Part shown: in pieces, positions 63,269 through 64,000 of the stretch
Layout: each line of letters begins with the position of its first letter
How positions within the stretch are numbered: the first letter of the stretch is position 1
Assembly (NCBI GenBank): GCA_964016885.1
Contig: OZ024758.1
Location: forward strand, 20,212,001 to 20,276,000
From: Eledone cirrhosa
Lineage: Eukaryota
Direction: 5' to 3'
Length of the DNA stretch: 64,000 nt
Notes under the pieces: generated by a model
Seen by the model: the letters and a program-made list of their open reading frames with translations, nothing else
What the model was told of the DNA's origin: nothing
Databases searched by the model: none
Made by a program: the position numbers and the translations under genes

Positions 63269-64000
63269 TACTCAATCATATGACTGTCTTCTATCTCTGG
63301 CTCTAATGCACAGAAAGTTTCTTTTAATGTAGACCCACCACATGCCGATATAAAGACAATATTTAGATAATTATAATTACTAGTAGAAAAAACACCCTTT
63401 GGGCGATTTTCTGCTACTATGTGTACTGTCCATATTGATATTATACGCAAATATCTATGTATATTGCTATGATACGTCAAATAAAATCATAATTGACAAT
63501 ATACACAGACATTGAAAGAAGTGTCTGTTAAACTCTCTCCTGTAATCAGTAAAGTAATCCATGATGCATTAAAAAAAGACAATATTATATATAAACTGAA
63601 TATATAATAAACTAAAATGTTATGAAAATGAAATGGGAGAAAATTAGCGACGGAAATATAAACCTTATATAACGATGCAAATATATTAACGTTTATATTA
63701 GCGATGTGATGAGTGTTATGATATAACGGACACTAACAGGAAGTGTAGACATTTCAACATTTTTAAAGAAGTGAATGTTAAAATAAGCAATAATTTATGT
63801 ATAATAATATTTATGTTTAATGAAGAGATACGAAATTTAGTAGATAAATTATATAATACTTATTCATTATTTATTCAAAGTAATCCAACTTATTTTAGTG
63901 ACGGGATAACAAGATATAAAACGGACGCTGTCCCGTACTCCTCCCTGTATTATATTATAGATTTCATTAGCTGTATTTAATGGAGATTCGTTTCTCATGC

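Overview
Very AT-rich, microsatellite-saturated eukaryotic intergenic/intronic DNA. The SINE and (TA)n content are consistent with a cephalopod (octopus-like) genome, but that is inference. No host protein-coding gene can be supported, and the long IYIY/YIYI ORFs are translations of (TA)n/(TATG)n arrays. Recognisable elements: two RTE-type LINE 3' fragments, a young 5'-truncated CR1-group LINE with a near-intact RT, a mariner transposase relic, two probable degenerate Penelope-like (PLE) coding relics, and about 30 copies or fragments of one tRNA-derived SINE. The main signal is at least 10 type-I hammerhead ribozyme motifs, intact or degenerate, in several unrelated families of short non-coding elements. 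Most sit in (TA)n tracts and share one layout: (TA)n - inverted partial copy - fold-back point - forward copy with hammerhead - YRCTC...GAGYR hairpin - tail - (TA)n. One perfect hammerhead lies in a 365-bp highly structured unit flanked by 101-bp direct repeats (retrozyme-like). Hammerheads and inverted pseudo-LTRs in PLEs are established. The cross-family hairpin at the fixed fold-back end, the U3-A8 core variant and the retrozyme-like unit are the candidates for novelty. All coordinates were read by eye and may be off by a few bases.
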